This document shows, piece by piece, positions 29,553 to 38,890 of a DNA stretch of 64,000 nt (positions within the stretch are counted from its first letter, which is position 1; every line of letters starts with the position of its first letter). The stretch covers positions 2,688,001 through 2,752,000 of the forward strand of contig OZ220696.1 of the NCBI GenBank assembly GCA_965116495.1. The letters are read 5' to 3'. Below the pieces are notes generated by a model that saw only the letters and a list, made by a program, of their open reading frames with translations, was not told the DNA's origin and made no database searches. Position numbers and translations under genes: made by a program. The stretch comes from Gammaproteobacteria bacterium (GTDB lineage: Bacteria; Pseudomonadota; Gammaproteobacteria; Eutrophobiales; Eutrophobiaceae).

Positions 29553-30797
29553 TCAGGCCCAGGATTTAACATCAAAATATACCAATCCATCAGCCCTTAC
29601 CTCCCATCCGACTATAGAGTTGAGATGATAAGGCGCACCCAGACCTCTCTCGTCCCTTAATGCTTCATGGGTAGGCTGGATGTAACCGGTCTGATCAACA
29701 GCACGACTCATAATCACCGCAGGTTTACCCTGCCAGTTCCAGAGGTAACGGAACCGTGTATGGGATTTTGCCAACACAGGTTCCTGAAGTTCCGCAACAG
29801 ACCAGTTCTGTCCGCCATCAGTGCTGACTTCCACTTTTACTATCTTGCCTGCTCCACTCCAGGCAAGACCGCGTACCTCCAGCCACCCGGGTTCTATTTT
29901 CTCCGGATAGGCTGGTGAGGTAATCACCGAATTGGCCTCCATTTCAAAACTGAACTGGCGAATACGGCCATCAGGTAACGGTTCGGAATATTTTGAAGTC
30001 TCTTCCCTGGTCATAAACGGTTGCTCCCCAAGCTCAAGTCGCCGCAACCATTTAATGCTTGTATTGCCTTCCCAGCCGGGCAGCAACAGTCTTACCGGGT
30101 AACCTTGAGCGGGTCGTAATGGTTCACCGTTCTGGGCGTAAGCAACCAGTGCATCATCCCATGCTTTCTCGACGGGAATACTTCGGGTCATGACTGCGGC
30201 ATCATTGCCTTCGGCCAAAAACCAGCTTGCCCTTGGACTGATTCCTGCTTCACGAAACAGCGTGCTGAGCTTTACCCCGGTCCACTCACTCTGGCTGGTG
30301 AGGCCGCGTAAAGTCTGCGGCGTGTTTTTCCTGTCGGCCCAGAAATATTCACCGGTGTTGCCGGAACACTCGATGAAGCACGACCGGGTTATGGCCGGGA
30401 AACGCTTCAACTCGTCAAGTGAAAATTTCAAGGGTCTCTCGACCATGCCATGGATAATCAGCTTGTATTTATCCGGGTCAATCAGCGGTATCCCTCCGTG
30501 ATGACGCTCGAAGTGCAAATCGGCAGGAGTGATTGTTCCGTGTAAATCCTGCAGGGGTGTCGTGGACAAAATATTGGATATTACCTTGCGCTCCGGTTTT
30601 TCGAATGGCGAGCGTTCACCCAAGGCAGCGGGTGGCGCACCCTGCTGTTTAGTCGGATCAATTGTTATATCAGCGACCGTCTTATGTAGTACAGCAACAC
30701 CTGCCGCGCCGGTTGCCGTTGCGGAAAGAAAACGCCTGCGTGAAATCATTGCATCAGACCGGTCAGTCGGTGATTCGGGGTTTTTACTGTTGCTCAT
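29553..30797 (-). CDS. soxC: Molybdopterin sulfite dehydrogenase, SoxC/SorA-like (Tat-exported)
   Basis: SRRRFL Tat motif, LHFERHHGG, FIECSGN, AQNGEPLRP..GYPVRLLLPGWEG; ATGA overlap with the cytochrome gene. Confidence 0.85.
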   Translation of the reverse strand: MSNSKNPESPTDRSDAMISRRRFLSATATGAAGVAVLHKTVADITIDPTKQQGAPPAALGERSPFEKPERKVISNILSTTPLQDLHGTITPADLHFERHHGGIPLIDPDKYKLIIHGMVERPLKFSLDELKRFPAITRSCFIECSGNTGEYFWADRKNTPQTLRGLTSQSEWTGVKLSTLFREAGISPRASWFLAEGNDAAVMTRSIPVEKAWDDALVAYAQNGEPLRPAQGYPVRLLLPGWEGNTSIKWLRRLELGEQPFMTREETSKYSEPLPDGRIRQFSFEMEANSVITSPAYPEKIEPGWLEVRGLAWSGAGKIVKVEVSTDGGQNWSVAELQEPVLAKSHTRFRYLWNWQGKPAVIMSRAVDQTGYIQPTHEALRDERGLGAPYHLNSIVGWEVRADGLVYFDVKSWA

Positions 30798-31432
30798 TTT
30801 ATCTTGCACCTTCCGTCTGCGACAAAACGGTTACGTGCAGGCATATCTATGCTTGCGAGATTTTCTGCGGTTAGTACCGTTTCCTCCGGTATAAGTTTGT
30901 TCAGGTACAACAGGTAAGCCGTGATACTGTAGACTTCATCGGAACTCAGGCTGCCGGGTGAGGCAAAAGGCATCGAACGATTAATGTAATCAAACAAGGT
31001 GGTGGCGTAAGGCCAGTAATTGCCGATGGTCTTCGCTGCAAACTTTTCATCAGGAAACGGATAGGATTGCGCATCGCCGTGGCCCGCCAATGCATCAAAC
31101 GGTTTCCCCTGTCCATTTTCACCATGACAACTCTGGCACAATGAACCGTAAAGTTTCCTGCCGCCGGATACCGTACCCTTGCCGTCAGGCAGTCCTGATC
31201 CATCCGCAGTTACATCCTTGTCCCAGGCATTGATCTCTTCTGTAGTTGCCATTGTTCCTATTCCGAATAAAGCCGGCCAATCCGGATAATAATCGGGCCC
31301 TGTACCGATAGTGGCCTCATCGCAACTGCTGTTGTCACTTTCAAGAGCAGTTAAACCGTCCCCGGCACTGAACAAAATAATGAAAATTACGGCAGGCAGA
31401 TAAGGATAATTTTCGTTATTCAGTTTCATCAT
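30794..31432 (-). CDS. Monoheme cytochrome c, SoxD-like
   Basis: CQSCH heme motif, GSGLPDGKG, KTIGNYWPYATTLFDYINRSMP. Confidence 0.85.
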   Translation of the reverse strand: MMKLNNENYPYLPAVIFIILFSAGDGLTALESDNSSCDEATIGTGPDYYPDWPALFGIGTMATTEEINAWDKDVTADGSGLPDGKGTVSGGRKLYGSLCQSCHGENGQGKPFDALAGHGDAQSYPFPDEKFAAKTIGNYWPYATTLFDYINRSMPFASPGSLSSDEVYSITAYLLYLNKLIPEETVLTAENLASIDMPARNRFVADGRCKIK

Positions 31433-31521
31433 CCTGGATATGTTGCTGTGTACAATAGGATTCCGGGGCCGAAAGCTGTATATGTCATATTTTATATCAT
31501 CAAGTCATCCTGAATACTCGC

Positions 31522-31553
31522 CTGGTATGATCATTTGCGGCGGTGTGGTACCA
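31522..31553 (+). promoter_or_regulatory. Degenerate candidate TauR box
   Basis: CTGGTATGA-N14-GTGGTACCA, 23-bp period, in the divergent cytochrome/Rieske intergenic region. Confidence 0.35.
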
Positions 31554-31674
31554 ATAAACTGCATACAAAATATGAAATATATCTAAAATAACACTGTATG
31601 CCGGTTATTTACGTTAAATATTTCCCGTTTATAAAGACGCCGGGAATCTCATCTGTAACCTAAGGAGACTGGGC

Positions 31675-32730
31675 GTGTTCTTACCAAGCGATCATTCAAA
31701 AACTGCATCAACACTCCCGCGTAACTGCAGCCTGAGTAAAAACGACTGGGAAATCCTGGCCGGCCTCTGGCATCCGGTAGCATTCTCCGGGGATATCGGC
31801 CATAAACCCGTTGCGGCAAAGCTGCTGGACGTGCCCCTGGTCATCTACCGCACCAGTTCGGGCATCACCGTCGCCAAAGACCTTTGCGTACACCGCGGTA
31901 CGCCTCTGAGCCTGGGCTGGCTCAAAGACGATATGATAGTGTGTCCCATGCATGCCCTGCATTACGATGCGGAAGGCAGGTGCCGCCTTATCCCTTCAGT
32001 GGAAGACAAGAACCGTCCCATCTCGGAACGCCTGCGTCTCATTACGTTTCAATCCGTAGAGCGTTACGGCATTATCTGGGTCTGCCTGTTGAATGATGAA
32101 CCCGGCATACCTCTTCCCGAATGGCCTGACCTGGAAAGTGACAGGTTCGCCGCCGACCCTGATATTAAAAAGATGGCCATTGATGAGATCTGGAATTGCT
32201 CAGCGTCACGGCATACCGAAAACTTTAACGACGCAGCGCACCTGTCCTGGGTCCACGCAGATTCTTTCGGCAACCCGGAACAACCCGAAGTACACGAGAT
32301 TGAGGTGGATACGTCAATACCGTATGTGCTCAAGCGTGAGCGTCAACTGGCGGAAAAAACACTGGGACAGGAACGTCTTTCTCACTTTACCGCGGAATTG
32401 ACCCTGCCATTCTCATCCGCCCTGGTGGAAAAAGTTGGTAACGGTAACCTGGGCTACGCGATATATGATGCGGCCTGCCCCATGTCGGCAAGCGAGACAC
32501 GGATATTTCAGATCATCTGGTCCGGTTTTCCTGATAGCTATCCCCACTCTCACGTACAGTTGTGGGAGCAGGTAAACCGGGAGGACATTGCCCTTGTATC
32601 AAGACAAAGTCCTGAAGAAGTTCCGCTGGATGTGCGCGAAGAGATTCATATCCCCGCCGACGCGGTTTCCCTGGCCTACCGAAAAGCCATGAAAGAACTC
32701 GGTTTGGGCGCGCCCCGGTTTGTAACATAA
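31675..32730 (+). CDS. Rieske non-heme iron oxygenase alpha subunit (NdmA/VanA-like), paralog of 24670..25704
   Basis: CVHRG...CPMHA, ENFNDAAHLSWVH, VNRED and C-terminal LGLGAP are shared with the paralog. Confidence 0.9.
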   Translation: MFLPSDHSKTASTLPRNCSLSKNDWEILAGLWHPVAFSGDIGHKPVAAKLLDVPLVIYRTSSGITVAKDLCVHRGTPLSLGWLKDDMIVCPMHALHYDAEGRCRLIPSVEDKNRPISERLRLITFQSVERYGIIWVCLLNDEPGIPLPEWPDLESDRFAADPDIKKMAIDEIWNCSASRHTENFNDAAHLSWVHADSFGNPEQPEVHEIEVDTSIPYVLKRERQLAEKTLGQERLSHFTAELTLPFSSALVEKVGNGNLGYAIYDAACPMSASETRIFQIIWSGFPDSYPHSHVQLWEQVNREDIALVSRQSPEEVPLDVREEIHIPADAVSLAYRKAMKELGLGAPRFVT

Positions 32731-33395
32731 ACCACCAGCGCGGCCGTCATAAGCCCGCCGGTCAACGTAAAAACACCCAATGCCGTTGCATTCCAATGAT
32801 CCATTATCAAACCGCCAACGGCCGGCGCGATGGCAATAGCACCCAGAAATGAAGTGGATGCAATTGATGCCCAACGGCCGTCCCGGTCAAGGGCCGCCGC
32901 CGCACCAAGAAGATAAGGTAAGGTAAAAAAGTAACTTATATTATTGAGTAAAACCGCAACGGTATACACGACGGGATGCGGTACTGCACAGATCAACAGC
33001 CAGGTAACGCCGTTGAAGAGTATTCCGGCAATCACCGGCATGATCCTGCCAAATCGCAGGTCCAGCCATGCAGCCAGCAAGCCACCCGTCATCCCGATGA
33101 TAAAACCTGCTCCCAGCAATCCGCTGATTTGTTCGATCGCCAGACCTGACCGCTCACCCATGATGGCCAGATAAGCCCACGGCGCACTGACAACCATCAC
33201 CCAGTTGAGAAGCGCAAAAAGGGTCAAACAGCCCAGGACAAAATGAGGCAATCGGGACTTTGTATTGTTTTGTTTTTCTACAACGTTGGCGGGGAAACAG
33301 TACAACAGCGGCAAGGTACAAAACACAATCAATGCCAACACGCCGTAACCACCTCCGACACCGTAACCTTTCACGGCATAACCGGCCAGCCAGAG

Positions 33396-34795
33396 TGTTT
33401 TCCAATATGAAATGAGCCTGAAGGGGGGACGTGATTCCAACATGAAATGAGCCTGAAATAGCCCGTGTTTCCGTTCATGATACGAGGATGAAAACGATCA
33501 TGAATGCAAATGACTTAACGCGCATCGACCAGGTGCGTGACTTTCTGTCGGGGACCCAACGGGTGGCCTTTGAGGTGGCCGGCGACAAGCAGAGCCGTTA
33601 CGATTGGGTGCGGCGGACCCTGGTCAGGTTTGATTATTTGAGGTGTAACAAAGCGGACAAAGGGACGCTGATGGGTTACCTGATGAAGGTGAGCGGGTAC
33701 TCCCGTGCGCAGGTGAAGCGGTTGATTAAACGCTACCGGGAGACGGGCAAGCTGGCGCCGCGGCAGTGTACGGCGCGGGGCTTTGCCCGGCGCTACACGA
33801 AGGTCGATATGCGCCTGCTGGCGGCCATGGACGAGCGCCATAATACGCCCAACGGGTTGACCTTAAAGAAGCTCTGTGAACGGGCTTATTCAGTCTTCGG
33901 CCAGGCCGAGTACGAGCGCTTGGCCGGCATCTCGGTCTCGCACCTGTACAACCTGCGCCAGTCTGAGACCTACCGGCGTCAGCGCCATACGGTGGCGAAG
34001 ACCCGGCCGGTCAGCCTGCCCATCGGTGAGAGGCGCAAGCCGCAGCCGGACGGTCACCCGGGCTATATCCGCATCGATACCGTGCACCAGGGCGATTTAG
34101 ACGGGGAAAAAGGGGTTTATCACGTCAATGCCGTGGATGAAGTGACCCAGTTTGAGGTCGTGGTCAGCGTCGAGCGCATCAGCGAGATCTACCTCATCCC
34201 GGCGCTGGAGTACCTGCTGGAGAGCTTCCCGTTCGTCGTCCTGGGGTTCCATGCCGACAACGGCTCGGAATACATCAACAAACAGGTGGCCCGGCTGCTG
34301 GAGAAACTGCGCATCGAACTGACCAAGTCCCGCGCCCGGCACAGCAACGACAATGCCCTGGTGGAATGCAAGAACGGCCACGTGGTGCGCAAGCTCCTGG
34401 GCCACGCCCACATCCCGCGCCGCTGGGCCGGCCCACTGAATGACTTCCACCGCCGGCACCTCAATCCTTACGTCAACTACCACCGGCCCTGTCTGTTTCC
34501 GGAGACCGTCACCGACAAGAAGGGGAAACAGCGCAAGCGGTATCCTTACGAGTCCCTCATGACACCCTATGAGAAACTTAAATCCATCCCCGATGCACAG
34601 ACCTGTTTGAAACCGGGGGTTAGCTTTGACATACTGGACAAAGTCGCTTACCACATCAGCGACAACGCGGCTGCCGACGCGCTGCAACAGGCGCGCCGGG
34701 AACTCTTTACAACCATCCATGAACAGGAATACAAACGGGCTTGAGGTCGGGACAGAATCTCTCTCTCTACAGGCTCATTCCAGTATTGGAAAATA
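33396..34795 (+). mobile_element. Insertion sequence with an integrase-core DDE transposase (IS481/IS1202/ISNCY-like)
   Basis: Imperfect IRs TGTTTTCCAATATGAAATGAGCCTG (33396-33420) and CAGGCTCATTCCAGTATTGGAAAATA (34770-34795); a second internal copy of the left-end motif at ~33435-33457. Confidence 0.85.
33488..34744 (+). CDS. DDE transposase (integrase catalytic domain)
   Basis: IRIDTVHQGD, FHADNGSEYIN, NDNALVECKNG. Confidence 0.9.
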   Translation: MKTIMNANDLTRIDQVRDFLSGTQRVAFEVAGDKQSRYDWVRRTLVRFDYLRCNKADKGTLMGYLMKVSGYSRAQVKRLIKRYRETGKLAPRQCTARGFARRYTKVDMRLLAAMDERHNTPNGLTLKKLCERAYSVFGQAEYERLAGISVSHLYNLRQSETYRRQRHTVAKTRPVSLPIGERRKPQPDGHPGYIRIDTVHQGDLDGEKGVYHVNAVDEVTQFEVVVSVERISEIYLIPALEYLLESFPFVVLGFHADNGSEYINKQVARLLEKLRIELTKSRARHSNDNALVECKNGHVVRKLLGHAHIPRRWAGPLNDFHRRHLNPYVNYHRPCLFPETVTDKKGKQRKRYPYESLMTPYEKLKSIPDAQTCLKPGVSFDILDKVAYHISDNAAADALQQARRELFTTIHEQEYKRA

Positions 34796-35252
34796 CTGCC
34801 AGATCATGACTGCCATTACCATCGCATTGAACGTTTTGACCAACGCGAACATGCGATCGGGAGCAGTAGCAGCGGCAATTATGGCGCCACCTACGGCCAG
34901 GGTGGCGCCGGCACCCAATCCTGCAAAAAAGCGCATTAACAGTAACGTCGTATATGACGATATAAACTGGATACTGACAATGTGCATCGTTACCGCTACC
35001 AGGCAACCGATGATCGCCGTTTTACGTTTGGGCAACCTGTTAATGAACGGCCCTATCAGTATTGCTGTCAACGCGATACCGGTAAACTCCGCTGACACCA
35101 GATAACCCGCTTTACCGGTGGCCATGGACATATGCTGCGTAATAGCCTGGACAATCAGCGGCGCCAGGGCCTGAGCCAAATTCCCAACCAGAAAGGCCCC
35201 CCAGCCGGCGAGGAAGATTAACCCGTTGCGCCGATCAAGATTTAACAATTAT

Positions 35253-35468
35253 TTAACCTGTAGTATCTGACTCCAAATCTTTGCCGACGTAATCAAGCAC
35301 TTCGTATAACACGTCCGTATCGCCGATGTGGTTGGCCAGCATCAAAATCACCTTGGCATTGATTTTATGGCTCAGCTCGGACGTCAATCCTTCGTGCAGT
35401 TCAATCAGCCGGGCGTAAAAGTCATCCGGGCTGGCGACACCAAGCTCAGTCCGGAGTTTATTTGTCAC
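35253..35468 (-). CDS. DUF2783-like small protein
   Basis: PDDFYARLIELHEGL...NAKVILMLANHIGD; GTG start at 35468, just after the MBL gene. Confidence 0.75.
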   Translation of the reverse strand: MTNKLRTELGVASPDDFYARLIELHEGLTSELSHKINAKVILMLANHIGDTDVLYEVLDYVGKDLESDTTG

Positions 35469-35472
35469 CGGC

Positions 35473-36423
35473 TCACCCTTCCAGCGCCTCCCACATCTCG
35501 GAATCCCGTTCGGCGGTCCAGATCTGCGGGTCGGCAATGCCGGAGGCAATATCGTAGGCGCGCGCCACGTCAAACGGCAGGCAGTGGTCGAAGATCACCC
35601 ATTCACCGAATTCCGGTTTCAGGGTGGCGTAGGTATCCTTGTAGATTTGCTTCAAATCCTTTCCCTGTTTTTTGCCGGCTTCAACAGCCTGGTACATCGC
35701 GGTAACAAACGCGCGGGTCCCGCCTATGCCCTCTTTGATGGTCTCCAGTGTCATCAGGGCATCGCCGCGGCCGGGGACCACAGCAAGCGGGTCCAGTGCA
35801 GTGATGTTGTCCAGGGTAGCAGGCCAGTCAAGCAGGTAGGCATCGCCGGTATAAGGCGTGGCCCCGTACTCGACCAGGTCGCCGCTGTACAGCACCCGCT
35901 CCTCCGGCAACCAGACCACGGTATCGCCCTTGGTATGGCCCCGTCCCAGTTGCATGATCCTGACCTCTGTGTCACCCATCCACAGGGACATCTCTCCCTT
36001 GAAGGTAATCGTCGGCCAGGTCAGGCCCGGAATGCTCTCATAGCCGTTGAACAACCTCGGGAACCGTTCGAACTCGGATTTCCAGTCCTGCTTCCCGCGC
36101 TCGACGATGAGGTCGTATGTATCCCGGCTGGAGATAACGTGCTCCGGCTTGTAGGCGCTGGCGCCCAGTACCCGCACCGCGTGATAATGGGTCATGACCA
36201 CGTACTTGACGGGTTTGTCCGTGACCGACCGTATTTTTTCCAGCACCCGTTCGGCCATGAGCGGCGTGGCCTGCGTGTCGATAACCATGACGTCGTCGTC
36301 GCCGATAATTACGCCGGTATTCGGATCGCCTTCCGCGGTGTACGCATAGGCATTGTCCGCCAGCCGGCTGAACGTTATCTCTTTTTCACCCAGGTCCGCC
36401 TTGGAAGCGAATTCTTTTACCAT
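35473..36423 (-). CDS. MBL-fold metallo-hydrolase
   Basis: YTAEGDPN, THYHAVRVLGA, GRGHTKGD, SGDLVE. Confidence 0.88.
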   Translation of the reverse strand: MVKEFASKADLGEKEITFSRLADNAYAYTAEGDPNTGVIIGDDDVMVIDTQATPLMAERVLEKIRSVTDKPVKYVVMTHYHAVRVLGASAYKPEHVISSRDTYDLIVERGKQDWKSEFERFPRLFNGYESIPGLTWPTITFKGEMSLWMGDTEVRIMQLGRGHTKGDTVVWLPEERVLYSGDLVEYGATPYTGDAYLLDWPATLDNITALDPLAVVPGRGDALMTLETIKEGIGGTRAFVTAMYQAVEAGKKQGKDLKQIYKDTYATLKPEFGEWVIFDHCLPFDVARAYDIASGIADPQIWTAERDSEMWEALEG

Positions 36424-36566
36424 TTCTGTTTAATCCTCAGTTAAATTAACCATTCGGCCTGCATTGTAGTCTTCGGAACCGTAACGGGCAATCAATTGTA
36501 TAAGTAACAATATAATGCATTGGAAAGCAGGACGGTCTTACTCTATATGCGCAAGCCGTTCCTGTT

Positions 36567-36689
36567 TCAGCACCGGCGGCAGTTGCAGCGGCCGGACAAG
36601 AACGTCATGACGATCGTCGTCAGCGCGATGCCCCACATCTCTGCCGAGGCGATGTAGCGGGCCTGTTGCTCGCTGAATTTCAGGTATTC
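36567..36689 (-). pseudogene. MFS transporter fragment
   Basis: EYLKFSEQQARYIASAEMWGIALTTIVMTFLSGR resembles the AGYLVSAEFTGIALT segment of the MFS at 34796-35248; no start codon and no remainder of the gene. Confidence 0.6.
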
Positions 36690-36699
36690 CCTTTTTATT

Positions 36700-37497
36700 C
36701 TATCCGGTCAATGACAACGTGCCGATATCCACGATATGACCACCACCATCGGCGACAAGCGTGGCCCCGGTCACAAACGAGGCGTCATCGGATGCCAGAA
36801 ATTCAACACAGGCAGCAATCTCTTCCGGTTCTCCCATGCGTTGCAGCGGCGTATATTGTGTTGTCAAGGCCCTGGCTTCATCAAGGGTCAGTCCTTTACG
36901 GCTTGCCAGACTCGCCATCTCCTCATCGCTCATCGGGGTTTTCACCCAGCCGGGGCAGAGAGTATTTGCCCTGATCCCCTGTGCACCGTAGTCACAGGCC
37001 AGGGACTTTGTCAGGCCGATAAGCGCATGCTTGCTTGTGATGTAGTCGGTCAGGCCCTGGCATGAGCGGATGCCGGCTACGGAAGAAATACTCACGATAG
37101 CGCCGCCGCCTCGACTTGTCATAGCAGGGATGGCAGCCCTGGTAATCTGCATAACCCCCGCCACGTTTACATTTATTACCTCTTGCCATTCGGCTTCGTT
37201 CAGCGTTGTCACGCTTCCCGCCGAAGACAATATACCTGCATTGGCGATCACTATATCCAGGCCGCCGAATTCAGCGACTGTTTGCGCCACGGCTGCAGCG
37301 CAGTCATTCTCACTGGCGGTGTCACCCTGGATGGCCAGGCAGTTCAACCCGGTGGCAATTTCGGCGATGGGTTCCCGGCGGCGGCCCGTTATGGCCACGG
37401 CCGCACCGGATGCAGCGAAGCGCCTGGCAACGGCAGCGCCTATGCCGGTGCCGCCCCCGGTAATTAACGCAACTTTACCCTCCAGCCGTTTATCCAT
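36700..37497 (-). CDS. SDR-family oxidoreductase
   Basis: [11 protein letters not shown], YxxxK (YITSK). Confidence 0.92.
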   Translation of the reverse strand: MDKRLEGKVALITGGGTGIGAAVARRFAASGAAVAITGRRREPIAEIATGLNCLAIQGDTASENDCAAAVAQTVAEFGGLDIVIANAGILSSAGSVTTLNEAEWQEVINVNVAGVMQITRAAIPAMTSRGGGAIVSISSVAGIRSCQGLTDYITSKHALIGLTKSLACDYGAQGIRANTLCPGWVKTPMSDEEMASLASRKGLTLDEARALTTQYTPLQRMGEPEEIAACVEFLASDDASFVTGATLVADGGGHIVDIGTLSLTG

Positions 37498-37523
37498 AAG
37501 GTGTTTACCTGGAGACCAGGACG

Positions 37524-38174
37524 CTAACCTTCCCCGGAAAGAGCAATACTCAGGGCCTGTTTGCGAAACTCGTTTTCAAACCCGCGTGCAATTGGCGCAA
37601 TTTTCTTATCAGGTCCGAGTACAACCATCATTCCGTCGACCAACGCGATAAGGTGTAATGCCTTGTGATTAACCGCTTTCTCATTGAGGGCAGGATTTAA
37701 CCCGGTGATCAATTTGGACATGGCGCTCAGGGCGTATTGATAGAATTCCTTTTTACATTTGGCAACATGTGGATCGTGTGCGGACATGCCATATATCTGG
37801 AAGAAGAATCCTCTTGTAATCGGCTTTTTTAAATCCTCCAGCAGATAATTAATGTGTGCTAAAAATTGTTGTTCGGGGTCATCGCCGGCCTGACTTATTG
37901 ATTTCTGAAAATCCTTCTCATAGTTTTGAATGGTCTCCTCTATCAAGGCATGAATGATATTGTGTTTCGTCTTGAAGTAATAAGTCAGGTTTCCCATGCT
38001 CAGGTTAAGCCTTGAGCAGAGGTTGCGCAGGGTGAAGTTTGCATAGCCTTCAAATGCGAGGATTTCGCGAGACAATTTTAAAATTTCATGAACCCGCATT
38101 TTTCCTTTTACATGACGAGCCGTGCCTTCAGTTAATCGTTTGTTTACTATGAGTTGATCAATGACTTCTTCCAT
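37524..38174 (-). CDS. TetR/AcrR-family regulator
   Basis: HTH EGYANFTLRNLCSRLNLSMGNLTYYFKTK; start taken at ATG 38174. Confidence 0.85.
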   Translation of the reverse strand: MEEVIDQLIVNKRLTEGTARHVKGKMRVHEILKLSREILAFEGYANFTLRNLCSRLNLSMGNLTYYFKTKHNIIHALIEETIQNYEKDFQKSISQAGDDPEQQFLAHINYLLEDLKKPITRGFFFQIYGMSAHDPHVAKCKKEFYQYALSAMSKLITGLNPALNEKAVNHKALHLIALVDGMMVVLGPDKKIAPIARGFENEFRKQALSIALSGEG

Positions 38175-38255
38175 TGGATTTTTCTGGTAATAATTAATGA
38201 ATACAGGGTGTGGAGCACACACCGCAAAGGCCGTTACTACATTTCGTTAATACAG

Positions 38256-38726
38256 CTACTTGCTTGTATCAAACTCCCCGACGACATACATCTCACCCTG
38301 GCTCATCCACTCACCTTCGATCTTTTCCCACAGGAAGAGCATTTTAAAGGTAAAGGGTTCCGCGGCAGGATCGGCCGGGTTGACATGAAAATTCACCCAG
38401 TCCCAACCTGAATTGCCGCTCACCTGGGTCTTGTAGGACTCGATTTTAACATTACCACCGATAATATCCGGATTTTCATAAACCGGCCGAATGCCTTCCG
38501 TACCTTCGTGTGACACGCCATCAGGCCCGACAGACAACACGTCGCCGGTATAGAATTTTTCCAGGATGGGTTTCGGATCATTATTGGCAAAGGCCATCTC
38601 TTTTATATCGTACTTGGCCCTGATTGCCTTTTTGAAGGCTCCCAGCTCGTTGTCTGCAGCCGCAGCAGTTCCCGCTACCGATAAAAGTATTATTGTTGCC
38701 ACGAACGTCAAAATATTTTTATTCAT
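38256..38726 (-). CDS. Exported NTF2/SnoaL-like (DUF4440-type) protein
   Basis: Signal peptide ending AAA; [13 protein letters not shown] and terminal LWEKIEGEW pattern. Confidence 0.6.
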   Translation of the reverse strand: MNKNILTFVATIILLSVAGTAAAADNELGAFKKAIRAKYDIKEMAFANNDPKPILEKFYTGDVLSVGPDGVSHEGTEGIRPVYENPDIIGGNVKIESYKTQVSGNSGWDWVNFHVNPADPAAEPFTFKMLFLWEKIEGEWMSQGEMYVVGEFDTSK

Positions 38727-38890
38727 TGCATTTCTCCAGTTTTATGATTTATAACAACAAACCTGTTTGGCGTGCTTCTACGACCGGTAACAGACACCTT
38801 CGCTCCGGAAGTTGCAAATCTTTGAGCAATAGCAGCACCAATCCCGGTCCCTCCTCCCGTAATTAACGCTACCTTTCCATCTAATCGCAT
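38723..38890 (-). pseudogene. Truncated SDR (N-terminal stub, 55 codons)
   Basis: [38 protein letters not shown] closely matches the start of the SDR at 37497, then homology stops. Confidence 0.78.

Larger units (their letters stand above)
32676..35248 (-). pseudogene. MFS transporter split by an IS (N-part 34796-35248, C-part 32676-33395)
   Basis: Hydrophobic MFS halves on both sides of the element (LLLMRFFAGLGAG; LDLRFGR). Confidence 0.85.

Noticed and set aside
29553-31432. Complete Sox thiosulfate oxidation system
   Set aside because: No soxX, Y, Z, A or B in the window; context with xsc favours sulfite removal
35253-35573. 106-aa ORF as listed in the track
   Set aside because: The N-terminal 35 codons overlap the MBL gene; the credible start is the GTG at 35468
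35584-36444. 286-aa plus-strand ORF and similar long shadow ORFs (7105..7785, 39872..40600, 48217..48900, 34097..34720)
   Set aside because: Antisense to well-supported genes in GC-rich sequence, with no motifs of their own
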